Below are positions 49,772 through 60,168 of a stretch of 64,000 bases of DNA, piece after piece. Each line of letters opens with the position of its first letter. Positions within the stretch are counted from its first letter, which is position 1. Under the pieces are notes generated by a model that was not told the origin of the DNA, did not search any database, and saw nothing but the letters and a program-made list of their open reading frames with translations. The position numbers were made by a program, and so were the translations under genes. This DNA is from Thiotrichaceae bacterium UBA7357 (GTDB lineage: Bacteria; Pseudomonadota; Gammaproteobacteria; Eutrophobiales; Eutrophobiaceae). The DNA lies in contig DKOR01000023.1 in NCBI GenBank assembly GCA_002470825.1, forward strand, positions 47,651 through 111,650. Reading direction: 5' to 3'.

Positions 49772-50419
49772 GTGCGAGAAGTAAAAAAACTAATTGATGG
49801 ATATCAACGCTTTCATAAAAAGTATTTTCAGGAACAACCTGAAATATATAATAGTTTGTTTGAACAAGGTCAGTCACCAAAGTTCTTAGTTATTTCTTGT
49901 TGTGATTCACGAGTACATCCCACACAGGTTATGGACACCATGCCTGGTGATATTTTTGTAATTCGTAACGTTGCAAACTTAGTACCGGTTAACGAAGTAG
50001 ATGGCAAACCTCACGGCACTAGTGCCGCAATCGAGTTTGCAATAAAGCATCTGGATGTGAAGCATATTATTGTTTTTGGACATAGTCAGTGTGGTGGTAT
50101 AAGAAGTTTAATGGAAGGCGATCATCTTGATCATGAATATGGATTTATCGATCCATGGATGGAGATTGCTAAGTCGGCCAAGGAAGCGGTCGTCAATGAT
50201 TATGCTGATGAAGACTTTGATGCACAATGTATTATGTGTGAAAAGGCATCGATACAAGTATCACTTAAGAATCTAAAAACTTTTCCTTGGGTAAAAGAAC
50301 GTTATGACGCGGGCAATTTATTTATACACGGATGGTACTTCGATATTGAAAGTGGCAATTTATTCGGTAATAAGGGTGATCAGTTTGTCCCAGTAAAAGA
50401 TTTGGCGTTCATCAGTTGA
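49772..50419 (+). CDS. can: beta-class carbonic anhydrase
   Basis: Zinc ligand motifs CCDSRV and GHSQCGG. GTG start. Confidence 0.85.
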   Translation: MREVKKLIDGYQRFHKKYFQEQPEIYNSLFEQGQSPKFLVISCCDSRVHPTQVMDTMPGDIFVIRNVANLVPVNEVDGKPHGTSAAIEFAIKHLDVKHIIVFGHSQCGGIRSLMEGDHLDHEYGFIDPWMEIAKSAKEAVVNDYADEDFDAQCIMCEKASIQVSLKNLKTFPWVKERYDAGNLFIHGWYFDIESGNLFGNKGDQFVPVKDLAFIS

Positions 50420-50668
50420 ATAAAAAAGCTAGTAATACGACTTATTGAATGTAGTGCTTCATATGATAATTTCGTGTTCTTTTTGTCTGGTTGTTTGGAT
50501 GAGAGTAGCAACAGCAGAAGCGATCATGACAGTGTCTCACTGACTGCCATTACATGTCAGTTCTAAGCCAGAGTCAGAGATGCCTGCAAAATCCATAATG
50601 GTCATGCTTATAGATATTTATCTTTAATATTTGTAATCATAATTATCGATATACTCTAAGGAAACTAA

Positions 50669-51127
50669 ATGAAAATTTGGGTCGATGCAGATGCCTGTCC
50701 AGTGGTGATAAAAGATATTCTTTTTAAAGCTGCTGATAGAGTAGGTATATTAGTGACACTGATCGCTAATAAATCTATGCAAATACCATCATCACCAAAT
50801 ATAAAGTTTGTGCTTGTCTCATCTGGTTTGGATGTTGCGGATAATGAAATAGTTAAAAAGCTTGATGCAGGTGATCTTGTTATTACCGCAGATATTCCTC
50901 TGGCAGCAGAGGCTATTGAGAAAGGTGGTATTGCACTTAATCCGCGTGGAGAGCTTTATACGACAGACAATATAAAAGCACGTTTGAGTATGAGAGACTT
51001 TATGTATACTTTACGAAGTAGCGGTGTGCAGACAGGTGGACCATCAGCATTAAGTAAAAATGATAGACAAACCTTTGCTAATAATCTTGATAAATTATTA
51101 ACTAAATATATTAAAAAATTAACATAG
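50669..51127 (+). CDS. yaiI: YaiI/YqxD family protein (UPF0178/DUF188)
   Basis: [24 protein letters not shown] closely parallels the E. coli YaiI N-terminus. Confidence 0.8.
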   Translation: MKIWVDADACPVVIKDILFKAADRVGILVTLIANKSMQIPSSPNIKFVLVSSGLDVADNEIVKKLDAGDLVITADIPLAAEAIEKGGIALNPRGELYTTDNIKARLSMRDFMYTLRSSGVQTGGPSALSKNDRQTFANNLDKLLTKYIKKLT

Positions 51128-52021
51128 AGATCTGTATCTCCTATAACGGATATTAATTTTATCAAGTTCTCATCTGAATAATAAATATTATGGTTGCTTG
51201 TATATAAGACTAAAACTTTAAAAAACAATAAGGTTTTATTGAAAACTCACAGAACGGTCTTTAATCGAATGGTAAATATGCTGTGTGTAGGCCAATGTCA
51301 CGTCAGTTACTAAGTTAGCAGTGAGCTGAAAGGGTGTTCGAATAATTATTTTTGGTACAGATTGAAGAGAATATGCTTTTAGTTACCACGATGTTATGTA
51401 ATGAGCTAATTTTTCTTTAGAATACAGCTCGCTTTAAAGCTAGTCTCTGCGACAGGTAAAAGATGTTTATACTAAGGTAAGACTGCTCCTTTATTGCAAA
51501 TGGGCAAAATAGCAAGCGTACTATCCATGGGCCTGGTATTTGTAGTTGATTTCAATAATATTCGCATTATAACTAAAACGAAACATATATTTAGAGCACC
51601 AGCATTATCTTGTTTTTAATAGGAAGTGAATAAATAATATATTATAGTAATAGCAAGAGTAATTAAATTTTGCGGGGCGATAGTAGCAGATTATAATAAT
51701 ATCGATGCGACAGAATGTGCAGGAGGTATAACTGAACCAGACTTTCTGGAGGTTGATAATATTAAAAAAGCTTTAGTACATGAATTTGAGAGTGATGGTG
51801 CGGTGTTTCCCTGGATAGTCGTTCGTGAGCTTGGCCCTGAATGAATACGCGTCATCTCTGATGTATTTAACTAAGACTGAGAAGATTTTCACGCAAGTGG
51901 TTTTGTGGATTTACTAAAAAGCACATCGCATGTGCTAAAATTAAAATCAGGCTGCGTTCTGTTGATACTACATTCAGAAGATTAAAAGTGTCTTTTTTAA
52001 CGCTTTAGAGGAGAAATTAGT

Positions 52022-52420
52022 ATGAAATTCAACTGTTTTTTATTTTTAGTAAGTTTAGTTTTGTCAGTGCAAGTTTATGCTGAAAGACTGGTGATATCAG
52101 ATATTATGCCGCCAGCGAACCTTGAAAATATTCACGTTGTTAAGCTTGCTAGTGATTCATTTTCAACAGATTTTATTATTTTTGTGAAAAATATGGTCCC
52201 ATTACACAAACACGTTGAACATTCAGAAACAATTTATGTCTTGGAAGGTAAAGCGCAGTTGCAACTTGGAGATCAAAGTATGGAGATTGTTGCGGGTGAT
52301 TATATAAGAGTACCGCGGGGAACGACGCATGGGGTGAAGGTACTTTCATCTGTTCCGCTTAAAGTCCTTTCTGTACAGGCACCAGAGTTTTTTGGTAAAG
52401 ACAGAGTCAACGTGAATTAA
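52022..52420 (+). CDS. secreted cupin domain protein
   Basis: Signal peptide MKFNCFLFLVSLVLSVQVYA. Cupin motifs HKHVEHSETIYVLEG and GDYIRVPRGTTHGV. aggaga RBS. Confidence 0.65.
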   Translation: MKFNCFLFLVSLVLSVQVYAERLVISDIMPPANLENIHVVKLASDSFSTDFIIFVKNMVPLHKHVEHSETIYVLEGKAQLQLGDQSMEIVAGDYIRVPRGTTHGVKVLSSVPLKVLSVQAPEFFGKDRVNVN

Positions 52421-52427
52421 CTTAATA

Positions 52428-52780
52428 ATGTCGACACAAGATACATGCTGTACGTTGGCGCCTTATTTTAAGGTAGCAGAAGGAAGACTTGAAGACTTTA
52501 AAGTTTTATGTAAACAGTTCATGAAAATGAACCGAACTGTCTTTATTATGGCTTCAGTATTAAAGACGACGTCATACATTGCCGAGAAGGGTATGTCGAT
52601 GCAGAAGCTGTGTTAGCACACATTGAAAATGCCGGTCACTTACTTGGTGAAGCATTAAATATTTGTGAGATTGTTCGACTTGAGGTTCATGGTCCAGAAG
52701 CAGAGCTAGCAAAATTGCGGGGACCTTTGGTAGGTTTAAATCCTGAATATTATGTCCTTGAATATGGCTTTCGACGTTAA
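52428..52780 (+). pseudogene. small ABM/Dabb-like (ferredoxin-fold) protein gene interrupted by a frameshift in an A4 run
   Basis: The frame from ATG 52428 reads MSTQDTCCTLAPYFKVAEGRLEDFKVLCKQFMK and then degenerates to a stop at 52614..52616. The frame starting at 52526 reads NEPNCLYYGFSIKDDVIHCREGYVDAEAVLAHIENAGHLLGEALNICEIVRLEVHGPEAELAKLRGPLVGLNPEYYVLEYGFRR and stops at 52778..52780. One extra A in aaaa (52524..52527) would join the two frames. Confidence 0.55.
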
Positions 52781-52817
52781 CTCTATCCAATCAAACAGGT
52801 GATCCCCTTTATCTTTT

Positions 52818-53081
52818 CTAAGACATCATTTTTATTAACGCATGTCTTTCCTCAATGTCTTCTACAACGGTCATTGCTGTATTGAACGCGATAACATTTT
52901 TGTCATGTACGCCGAGTAATTTTTCTAGTTGAAGATTTTCCGCGATGCTTGCTGAACCACCTTGTTTATACTTTATGTCGATATCTTGCAGAAAATGAAA
53001 ATAAGCTTCCTTGCTTATGCTCATATCCTGAAATGCTTGATAGGCAGTTTTTGCTTTTTTAGTTAAGTTATCAATAGACAT
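52818..53081 (-). CDS. hypothetical 87-aa protein, last gene of the tkt-fba operon
   Basis: The ORF starts 9 nt after the fba stop on the same strand. It is predicted helical with no signal peptide or recognisable motif. The RBS is weak. Confidence 0.4.
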   Translation of the reverse strand: MSIDNLTKKAKTAYQAFQDMSISKEAYFHFLQDIDIKYKQGGSASIAENLQLEKLLGVHDKNVIAFNTAMTVVEDIEERHALIKMMS

Positions 53082-53090
53082 AAATAAACT

Positions 53091-54113
53091 CTACGTGGCA
53101 CTTTCCATATCAGCGTTGTATGTGCCTGTACAAGCGTGGCTATTGCATTTTGAACGATGTAATAATGCCTTCTGTGCTTCTTCAATGTTTGACTCTTTAC
53201 CGGCCCATGCACTTAGACAAGGTTCTTGTAGTGCGCGCCCGTATGAAAAGCTAAGTGGCCATGGTAATTCTGGGTTGCTTGCATTCATGGCGTTCAGATG
53301 AGCTGTTGCCAGTTTGGGGCTCTGCCCACCGGAAAGAAAGACGATGCCTGGTAGTTTAGCAGGTACATTTTTTACTAGGCAACGTACGGTTTGATCTGCG
53401 ACTTCTTGGATATTCGCCTGTTTTGAACACTGCTTTCCTGAAATAACCATATTAGTTTTGAGTATGGTATGTTCAACATTGATATCTTGCTTCTTAAGCG
53501 CACTAAACAATGCTAACAGAGTCATCTCAGTAACTTCATAGCAACGTTCAATAGTATTATCAGCATCCATCAAGACTTCAGGCTCCACCATTGGCACAAT
53601 TCCAGCTTCCTGACAGAGTCCGGCATATCGAGCAAGTGCATGAACATTTGCTTCGACACATGCTTGAGTAGGGGTATTTCCCCCAATAGTTATGACTGCA
53701 CGCCATTTAGCAAATTTAGCACCGAGCGATTTATATTCTGCTAATCTGTCACGTAAGCCATCAAGTCCTTCTGTAATTTTTTCATTTGTATGTAAAGCAA
53801 AATCTTTCGCGCCAGTGTCAACTTTTATACCTGGCATGATGCCATGATCTATTAGTGATTTGGTAAATGGTGTGCCATCGCTAGTAGCTTGACGAATAGT
53901 CTCATCATAAAGAATCATGCCGCTAATGAATCTATTGCCGCCCGGATTAGTTATTAGTAAATCGCGATACGCTCGACGATTTTGTTCTGTTGATTCAAAA
54001 TCAATCGTATCGAATCTTTTCTTGATTGTCGGTGTGCTTTCGTCAATAGCAAGTATGCCCTTACCTTTTGCAACCATTGCTTTTGCTGTGGTTTCAAGTT
54101 CTGCTGCGCTCAT
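53091..54113 (-). CDS. fba: fructose-bisphosphate aldolase, class I (eukaryote-like type)
   Basis: KGILAIDES, KVDTG, Schiff-base region ILKTNMV, FLSGGQS and SFSYGRALQ. Confidence 0.9.
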   Translation of the reverse strand: MSAAELETTAKAMVAKGKGILAIDESTPTIKKRFDTIDFESTEQNRRAYRDLLITNPGGNRFISGMILYDETIRQATSDGTPFTKSLIDHGIMPGIKVDTGAKDFALHTNEKITEGLDGLRDRLAEYKSLGAKFAKWRAVITIGGNTPTQACVEANVHALARYAGLCQEAGIVPMVEPEVLMDADNTIERCYEVTEMTLLALFSALKKQDINVEHTILKTNMVISGKQCSKQANIQEVADQTVRCLVKNVPAKLPGIVFLSGGQSPKLATAHLNAMNASNPELPWPLSFSYGRALQEPCLSAWAGKESNIEEAQKALLHRSKCNSHACTGTYNADMESAT

Positions 54114-54170
54114 TTTTATTTTCCTCGTTAACGCTATAGGTTTATTAAGATGTATTTAGAAATTAAATAA

Positions 54171-55613
54171 TTAAAGAGTATGTTCCAAAGCTTGTCCCAC
54201 CTGAATAATCTTCATGTTATTAGTGCCGCCACGTCTGCCATGTAGGTCGCCCTTGGTAATAATCACAAAGTCACCTTCTTTCACGACGCCTTCAGTGATG
54301 AGTTGGTCTATCATTTGTTTATTGGCTTCCAAAGGATCGGTGTGAGTAATATCAAACTTCATGGGATAGACGCCACGATATAATGCAACACGTCTTCTTG
54401 TGGATGTATGTCGAGCAAATGCAAAAATAGGTATAACTGAGCTAATACGCGACATCCATAAGCAGGTGCTACCAGTTTCTGTCAGACTGCAGATTGCCTT
54501 AGCATTTATGTGATTAGCTGAATACATGCTGGACATTGCTATAGCTTCAGAAATAGTTTCAAAGCTTTGATTAATACGATGGTCTGATATGCGAACACTA
54601 CGTTGTTTTTCTGCCTCTTCACAAATACTCGACATTGCTTCGACAACTTTATCTGGATAGCACCCAACACTTGTTTCACCTGATAACATTACTGCATCAG
54701 TTCCATCAATGACAGCGTTAGCTACATCAAACACTTCAGCTCGTGTTGGTATTTTATTTTCGACCATAGACTCCATCATCTGTGTAGCAGTGATGACAGC
54801 ACGGTCCATCTTTCTAGCCATCTTTATTAAACTTTTCTGCACAGGTGGTAAGGATGCATCGCCAATTTCTACTCCAAGATCGCCCCGTGCGATCATTATA
54901 GCATCCGATGCTTCAATCATTTCTTCAATATGATTAAGCGCTTCAGCGCGTTCAATCTTTGAAATTAGTTGTGCTTTACAACTGCATTCTTTCATCATCT
55001 TACGAGCTATTTTTATATCGTTAGCGTCTCTCGGAAATGAGATCGCAATATAGTCGACCTTTACTTTCGCTGCATGCTTCATATCTTCGATATCTTTTTC
55101 AGTGACGGCATTTGCGGATAAACCGCCGCCTTGTAAATTAATACCTTTATTGTCGCTAAGTATGCCACCAGTGATTACTTTACAATCAATAATATGTTTA
55201 TGAACAGCTTTGACTTTTAATACAACTCTGCCATCATCTACCATTAATTTATCTTCAGCCTTCACATCCGTGGGAAGTTCTTTGTAACTAACTCCGACCC
55301 GTGTTTCATCACCGTCATCACTAGCAAGTTTAGTATTAATGCTAAATTTTGCGCCTTCATGCAACTTAACTTTACCTTTCTTAAATCGTTCTATGCGAAC
55401 CTTAGGACCTTGCAAGTCTGCTATTACAGCAACAGCATGTTTATGTTGTCGCGAAAGACGACGAATTTCTCTCATTCTTTTTTCGTGATCAGCATGCGTT
55501 TGATGTGAATAATTGAGTCTAAAGACATCAACTCCGGCGACAAGCAGTTTTTCTAGCATCCCTGGTTTGTCTGTGGCAGGACCGAGGGTAGCAATGATTT
55601 TAGTCCTTCTCAT
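54171..55613 (-). CDS. pyk: pyruvate kinase
   Basis: MRRTKIIATLGPA, FRLNYSHQ, IMIARGDLGVE and MLSGETS. Confidence 0.93.
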   Translation of the reverse strand: MRRTKIIATLGPATDKPGMLEKLLVAGVDVFRLNYSHQTHADHEKRMREIRRLSRQHKHAVAVIADLQGPKVRIERFKKGKVKLHEGAKFSINTKLASDDGDETRVGVSYKELPTDVKAEDKLMVDDGRVVLKVKAVHKHIIDCKVITGGILSDNKGINLQGGGLSANAVTEKDIEDMKHAAKVKVDYIAISFPRDANDIKIARKMMKECSCKAQLISKIERAEALNHIEEMIEASDAIMIARGDLGVEIGDASLPPVQKSLIKMARKMDRAVITATQMMESMVENKIPTRAEVFDVANAVIDGTDAVMLSGETSVGCYPDKVVEAMSSICEEAEKQRSVRISDHRINQSFETISEAIAMSSMYSANHINAKAICSLTETGSTCLWMSRISSVIPIFAFARHTSTRRRVALYRGVYPMKFDITHTDPLEANKQMIDQLITEGVVKEGDFVIITKGDLHGRRGGTNNMKIIQVGQALEHTL

Positions 55614-55697
55614 TAAGATCTAGTTATCCGTCGTATTTTATATGTTTTCATGATCAAGGGGTGGAAATATATTTTGTCAGTCAACATTTCATGAGAT

Positions 55698-56909
55698 CTA
55701 CAATTCTCTTGCTCGTTCCATCGCTCTCCATGCGCGAGCCGCCTCTTCTAATATTTCAATAGCGGGAAGTTTCTTGCCTTCTAAGAATTCAAGGAAAGCA
55801 CCCCCACCAGTTGAAATATATGAAATCTTATCTTCAACATTGAACTTAGAGATTGCAGCAATAGTGTCTCCTCCTCCAGCAATCGAATATGCATTACTTT
55901 CTGCGATTGAGTTTGCTAGATTTTCTGTGCCTTGGCTGAAGTTGTTAAACTCAAATACACCAAGGGGACCATTCCAAACGATAGTATTTGCTTTCGCTAT
56001 AAGTTCACTTAATTGTTTGGATGTTTCCGGACCTATATCCATAATGATGTCGTCTGTTTCTATATTACTAATATGCTTTGTTACTGCGATAGTGTTCTTA
56101 TTAAATGCTTTGCCACAAATGACATCTATCGGTAGCGGAATTTGGCAGCCATTTGTTTTGGCTTGCTTCATTAACATACTGGCGGTCTCAACCAATTCAG
56201 CTTCATAAAGAGATTTGCCAACCTCATAACCAGCTGCTTTTAAAAATGTATTTACAATTCCACCACCAACTATCAGTTGGTCAACTTTTTCTAAGAGTGT
56301 TTCAAGTAGGATTAGTTTGCTAGATACTTTTGCGCCGCCTACTATTGCAACAAGTGGTGTTTTAGGATTTCTGAGTGTCTTAGTCAGGACCTTCAATTCA
56401 TTTATGAGTAATGGTCCTGCAGCAGATACTGCAGCATATTTTGCAACGCCATATGTCGACGCTTGTGCACGATGCGCAGTTGCAAAAGCATCATTAACGT
56501 AAACCTGGCAGAGTCGCCCCATCTTACGAGCAAGCACATCATTGTTTTTTATTTCACCTTTCTCAAATCTTACATTCTCACAAAGAACAATTTGATGGTC
56601 CGCCATGTCAATACCATTAGTCCAGTTTCTTATAAGAGGGACATTAATTTTAAGAAAATCACTTAAAGATTTTGCAACTGGTGCGAGTGAAAATGTTTCG
56701 TCATATTCACCAGCTATAGGACGACCTAGATGAGATACTAATATTATCTTTGCCCCCGCTTCTAATACCTGAGTCAAGGTAGGTAATGTTGCTCGAATAC
56801 GTATGTCACTAGAAATCTCAGAACCACTTATTGGGACATTATAATCCTCACGAATTAGTACCGTTTTCCCCGACAGTTCTAGGTCAGCAAGTTTTATTAG
56901 TATCGTCAC
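55698..56909 (-). CDS. pgk: phosphoglycerate kinase
   Basis: VLIREDYNVP, SHLGRP, NGPLGVFE and IAGGGDTIAA. GTG start. Confidence 0.93.
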   Translation of the reverse strand: MTILIKLADLELSGKTVLIREDYNVPISGSEISSDIRIRATLPTLTQVLEAGAKIILVSHLGRPIAGEYDETFSLAPVAKSLSDFLKINVPLIRNWTNGIDMADHQIVLCENVRFEKGEIKNNDVLARKMGRLCQVYVNDAFATAHRAQASTYGVAKYAAVSAAGPLLINELKVLTKTLRNPKTPLVAIVGGAKVSSKLILLETLLEKVDQLIVGGGIVNTFLKAAGYEVGKSLYEAELVETASMLMKQAKTNGCQIPLPIDVICGKAFNKNTIAVTKHISNIETDDIIMDIGPETSKQLSELIAKANTIVWNGPLGVFEFNNFSQGTENLANSIAESNAYSIAGGGDTIAAISKFNVEDKISYISTGGGAFLEFLEGKKLPAIEILEEAARAWRAMERAREL

Positions 56910-56921
56910 GTAATAGCTCGT

Positions 56922-57935
56922 TTACTTAGCATTCATCAAGGCAATTGTGGTATCTAACATTCTGTTTGAAAAGCCCCATTCATTGTCGTACCAGGCTGTT
57001 ACTTTCGCAAGAGTTCCTTCTATAACTTTAGTCAGTGATGCATCATAAGTTGCTGATGCTGGGTCATGATTAAAGTCAACAGAAACAAGAGGCAGTTCAT
57101 TATAAGCAAGCACGCCTTTTAATGAACCTTCAGCAGCTTCTTTCATCAATTGATTTATTTCATCTACATTAGTCTCTCTGGCGGCTGTAAAACTTAAGTC
57201 AATCACAGAAACATTGATTGTTGGAACACGCATTGAATAACCATCAAGCTTTCCATTGAGTTCTGGTAATACTAAACCGACGGCAGCGGCGGCCCCTGTT
57301 TTTGTTGGTATCATGGACATAGTAGCAGATCTAGCACGACGTAAATCTGAGTGATAAACATCCGTTAGTACCTGATCGTTTGTGTAGGCATGAATAGTTG
57401 TCATAATACCAGCCACCATGCCAATATTTTCATTTATTACTTTTGCTATAGGTGCGAGACAATTTGTTGTACAAGATGCATTAGAGATTACGGTGTCGCT
57501 CGATTTCAAAACATCATGATTAACTCCATAGACAATAGTTGCATCAATATCATTGCCACCCGGAGCTGAGATTATGACTTTTTTCGCGCCACCTTCTAGA
57601 TGTGCACTTGCTTTTGCTTTGCTGGCAAAGAAACCAGTTGATTCTATTACAACATCAACCCCTAATTCACCCCAGGGTAATTTTGCAGGGTCACGTTCAG
57701 ATAAAACACGAACTCTATCACCATTAATCACCATGTCTTCATTTTCTACAACAACAGTGCCAGGAAATCTTCCGTGAGCAGTATCGTATTGAGTAAGATG
57801 TGCGCTAGTATTTGCATTGCCTAAATCATTAATTGCCACGATTTTGACCTCACCCGTTCGTTCGGACTCATATAATGCGCGCAAAATATTGCGACCAATA
57901 CGTCCATAGCCATTGATGCCTACTTTAATTGCCAT
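56922..57935 (-). CDS. gap: glyceraldehyde-3-phosphate dehydrogenase
   Basis: INGYGRIGR, catalytic [12 protein letters not shown] and [11 protein letters not shown]. Confidence 0.95.
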   Translation of the reverse strand: MAIKVGINGYGRIGRNILRALYESERTGEVKIVAINDLGNANTSAHLTQYDTAHGRFPGTVVVENEDMVINGDRVRVLSERDPAKLPWGELGVDVVIESTGFFASKAKASAHLEGGAKKVIISAPGGNDIDATIVYGVNHDVLKSSDTVISNASCTTNCLAPIAKVINENIGMVAGIMTTIHAYTNDQVLTDVYHSDLRRARSATMSMIPTKTGAAAAVGLVLPELNGKLDGYSMRVPTINVSVIDLSFTAARETNVDEINQLMKEAAEGSLKGVLAYNELPLVSVDFNHDPASATYDASLTKVIEGTLAKVTAWYDNEWGFSNRMLDTTIALMNAK

Positions 57936-57955
57936 TCTAATACTCCAGTATCCAT

Positions 57956-59962
57956 TTATTCTCTTTTGGTTAGTAAATTATTAAGTTGTAGTTTCATATT
58001 TTTTTCAGTTAGCCCAAAAAGTTCAAATACCGTCTTCCCTGGGGCAGATTCACCGAATGTATCGACACCTAACGCAACTCCATCTAGACCAATATACTTT
58101 TTCCAATAATCGGTAACTCCGGCTTCAATAGCCATACGCTTACGACAAAAGCTTGGTAGCACGCTTTCTCTGTAGCTTTCGCTTTGTTGATCGAAAATAA
58201 AAGTACAGGGCATTGATACAACACGGATTTTTTTACCTTTGTTATTTAATTGAGTTGCAACGTTAACAGCCAATTCGACTTCAGAACCTGTTGCAATGAT
58301 GATTGCATCGGGATGATCAGTTCCACCAACTAAAACATATCCGCCGCGTTGTATATCTTGTAGCTGTGATTCATTTCTTGGTATATGCGCCAAACCTTGA
58401 CGCGAAAATAATAAACTGCTTGGCCCATCACGTCGTTCAATTGCTGCTTGCCATGCAACTGCAGACTCTACTGCATCACAGGGTCGCCATAAGGACATGT
58501 TTGGCATAAGACGAAGTGTGGCTGCTTGTTCAACAGGCTGGTGAGTGGGCCCATCTTCGCCAAGGCCAATAGAATCATGTGTGAATACAAATATATTTTG
58601 TATTTTCATTAAAGCTGACATGCGTAAGGCATTTCTCGCATATTCAGAAAACATTAAGAAAGTACCACAGTAAGGGATAAATCCGCCATGTAAGGTGATA
58701 CCATTATTTATGGCGGCCATTGCAAATTCTCGAACGCCATAGGAAATATAGTTACCGTTTTTATCATTCTTACTAACTGTTACGGAGCCTGACCAATTGG
58801 TTAAGTTGGAACCAGTTAAATCAGCCGAACCACCAACCATCTCCGGAAGCTCTGCAGCAAAAGCTTCTATCGTATTTTGTGATGCTTTACGTGATGCTAT
58901 TGTTTCTGCTTTATTATTAGTTGTTGTAATAAATTCTTTAACAAGATCATTCCAATTATCGGGCAAAACACCTTGTTGTCGTCGTTTATATTCTCTAGCG
59001 AGCTTGGGATGAGCTGCTTCATATGTCACAAATAAATCTTGCCATTGAGACTCTAGTTCTTTACCGCGTTGTTTAGCATTCCATGCAGAATAATATTCAT
59101 CAGGAATCACGAAGGGTTCATGATTCCAATTAAGTCTTTTGCGTGCAAGTGCTATTTCTTTGTCGCCCAGTGGTGCACCATGACTTGACTCTTTGCCTTC
59201 TTTGTTCGGGGAACCCCAGCCTATAATAGTATTAAAACAAATTAAGCTAGGTTGTTTCACATTGAGCTTAGCTGTCGCCAATGCTACTTTGATTTCGTCA
59301 GGGTTATGTCCATCAACATCAGAAATAACATGCCAACCGTATGCTTCAAACCTACCAGCCACATCTTCTGTAAACCATCCAGAAATATCACCGTCAATAG
59401 AGATCTGATTACTATCATAGATAGTGATCAATTTTCCAAGCCCCAGTGTTCCTGCTAGTGAAGAGGCTTCATGAGATATGCCTTCCATCAGACATCCGTC
59501 ACCGACAGTGGCGTAAGTGTGATGATTTACAATTTCATAATTTGATTGGTTAAATTTTGCAGCGAGCATTGACTCTGCCAATGCCATTCCAACTGCATTA
59601 GCTAGGCCCTGTCCTAATGGACCCGTCGTAGTTTCAACACCTGGAGCGTAACCGTATTCAGGATGTCCCGGTGTTTTCGAATGTAGTTGTCGGAATTCTT
59701 TCAGTTCCTCAAGTGATAGATCATAACCTGTTAAATGTAATAATGAATAGACCAGCATTGAGCCGTGCCCATTTGACATAACAAAACGGTCACGATTGTC
59801 CCATTTTGGATTTGCTGGATTATGCTTTAGAAAATCATTCCATAACACTTCGGCAATATCTGCCATACCCATAGGAGCACCTGGGTGCCCAGAATTCGCT
59901 TTTTGAACAGCATCCATACTTAAAGCACGAATCGCATTGGCAAGTTCATGCCTTGTCAGCAT
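57956..59962 (-). CDS. tkt: transketolase
   Basis: [28 protein letters not shown] follows a GGAGG RBS. ThDP motif [24 protein letters not shown] is also present. The track's 28-codon upstream extension is rejected. Confidence 0.95.
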   Translation of the reverse strand: MLTRHELANAIRALSMDAVQKANSGHPGAPMGMADIAEVLWNDFLKHNPANPKWDNRDRFVMSNGHGSMLVYSLLHLTGYDLSLEELKEFRQLHSKTPGHPEYGYAPGVETTTGPLGQGLANAVGMALAESMLAAKFNQSNYEIVNHHTYATVGDGCLMEGISHEASSLAGTLGLGKLITIYDSNQISIDGDISGWFTEDVAGRFEAYGWHVISDVDGHNPDEIKVALATAKLNVKQPSLICFNTIIGWGSPNKEGKESSHGAPLGDKEIALARKRLNWNHEPFVIPDEYYSAWNAKQRGKELESQWQDLFVTYEAAHPKLAREYKRRQQGVLPDNWNDLVKEFITTTNNKAETIASRKASQNTIEAFAAELPEMVGGSADLTGSNLTNWSGSVTVSKNDKNGNYISYGVREFAMAAINNGITLHGGFIPYCGTFLMFSEYARNALRMSALMKIQNIFVFTHDSIGLGEDGPTHQPVEQAATLRLMPNMSLWRPCDAVESAVAWQAAIERRDGPSSLLFSRQGLAHIPRNESQLQDIQRGGYVLVGGTDHPDAIIIATGSEVELAVNVATQLNNKGKKIRVVSMPCTFIFDQQSESYRESVLPSFCRKRMAIEAGVTDYWKKYIGLDGVALGVDTFGESAPGKTVFELFGLTEKNMKLQLNNLLTKRE

Positions 59963-60118
59963 AGTAGTTCCTCCAAAATGGTTAATAAGCCTAAAATATT
60001 GACTGTTAATTATTGCTGCATTCAAAGTCTGATATTGAGTCATCAACTGACGAAGACTATCATGTGTTTAGCTTCATTTACGCTTAATAACACTACAAGA
60101 ATGCAGGCAGATATCTAC

Positions 60119-60146
60119 CTAAAATAAAGCCATGTATTGTGGCTTA
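60119..60146 (-). terminator. putative intrinsic terminator after the thioredoxin-like gene
   Basis: The reverse strand reads AAGCCA-caataca-TGGCTT followed by TATTTTAG. It lies about 25 nt after the TAG stop at 60169..60171. The stem is short (6 bp). Confidence 0.4.
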
Positions 60147-60168
60147 ACTGTCACTTTGGAGCAAGATC

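Noticed and set aside
50470-50575. Lipoprotein-like fragment ...NFVFFLSGCLDESSNSRSDHDSVSLTAITCQF in the can-yaiI spacer
   Set aside because: A lipobox-like LSGC is present, but there is no ATG and no adequate signal peptide (only a GTG giving MFFLSGC). The frame is about 30 codons long. It is at best an unprovable remnant.
52572-52790. 72-aa minus-strand ORF
   Set aside because: It is antisense to the second half of the frameshifted ABM-like gene, whose plus-strand translation has a strongly protein-like, family-typical sequence.
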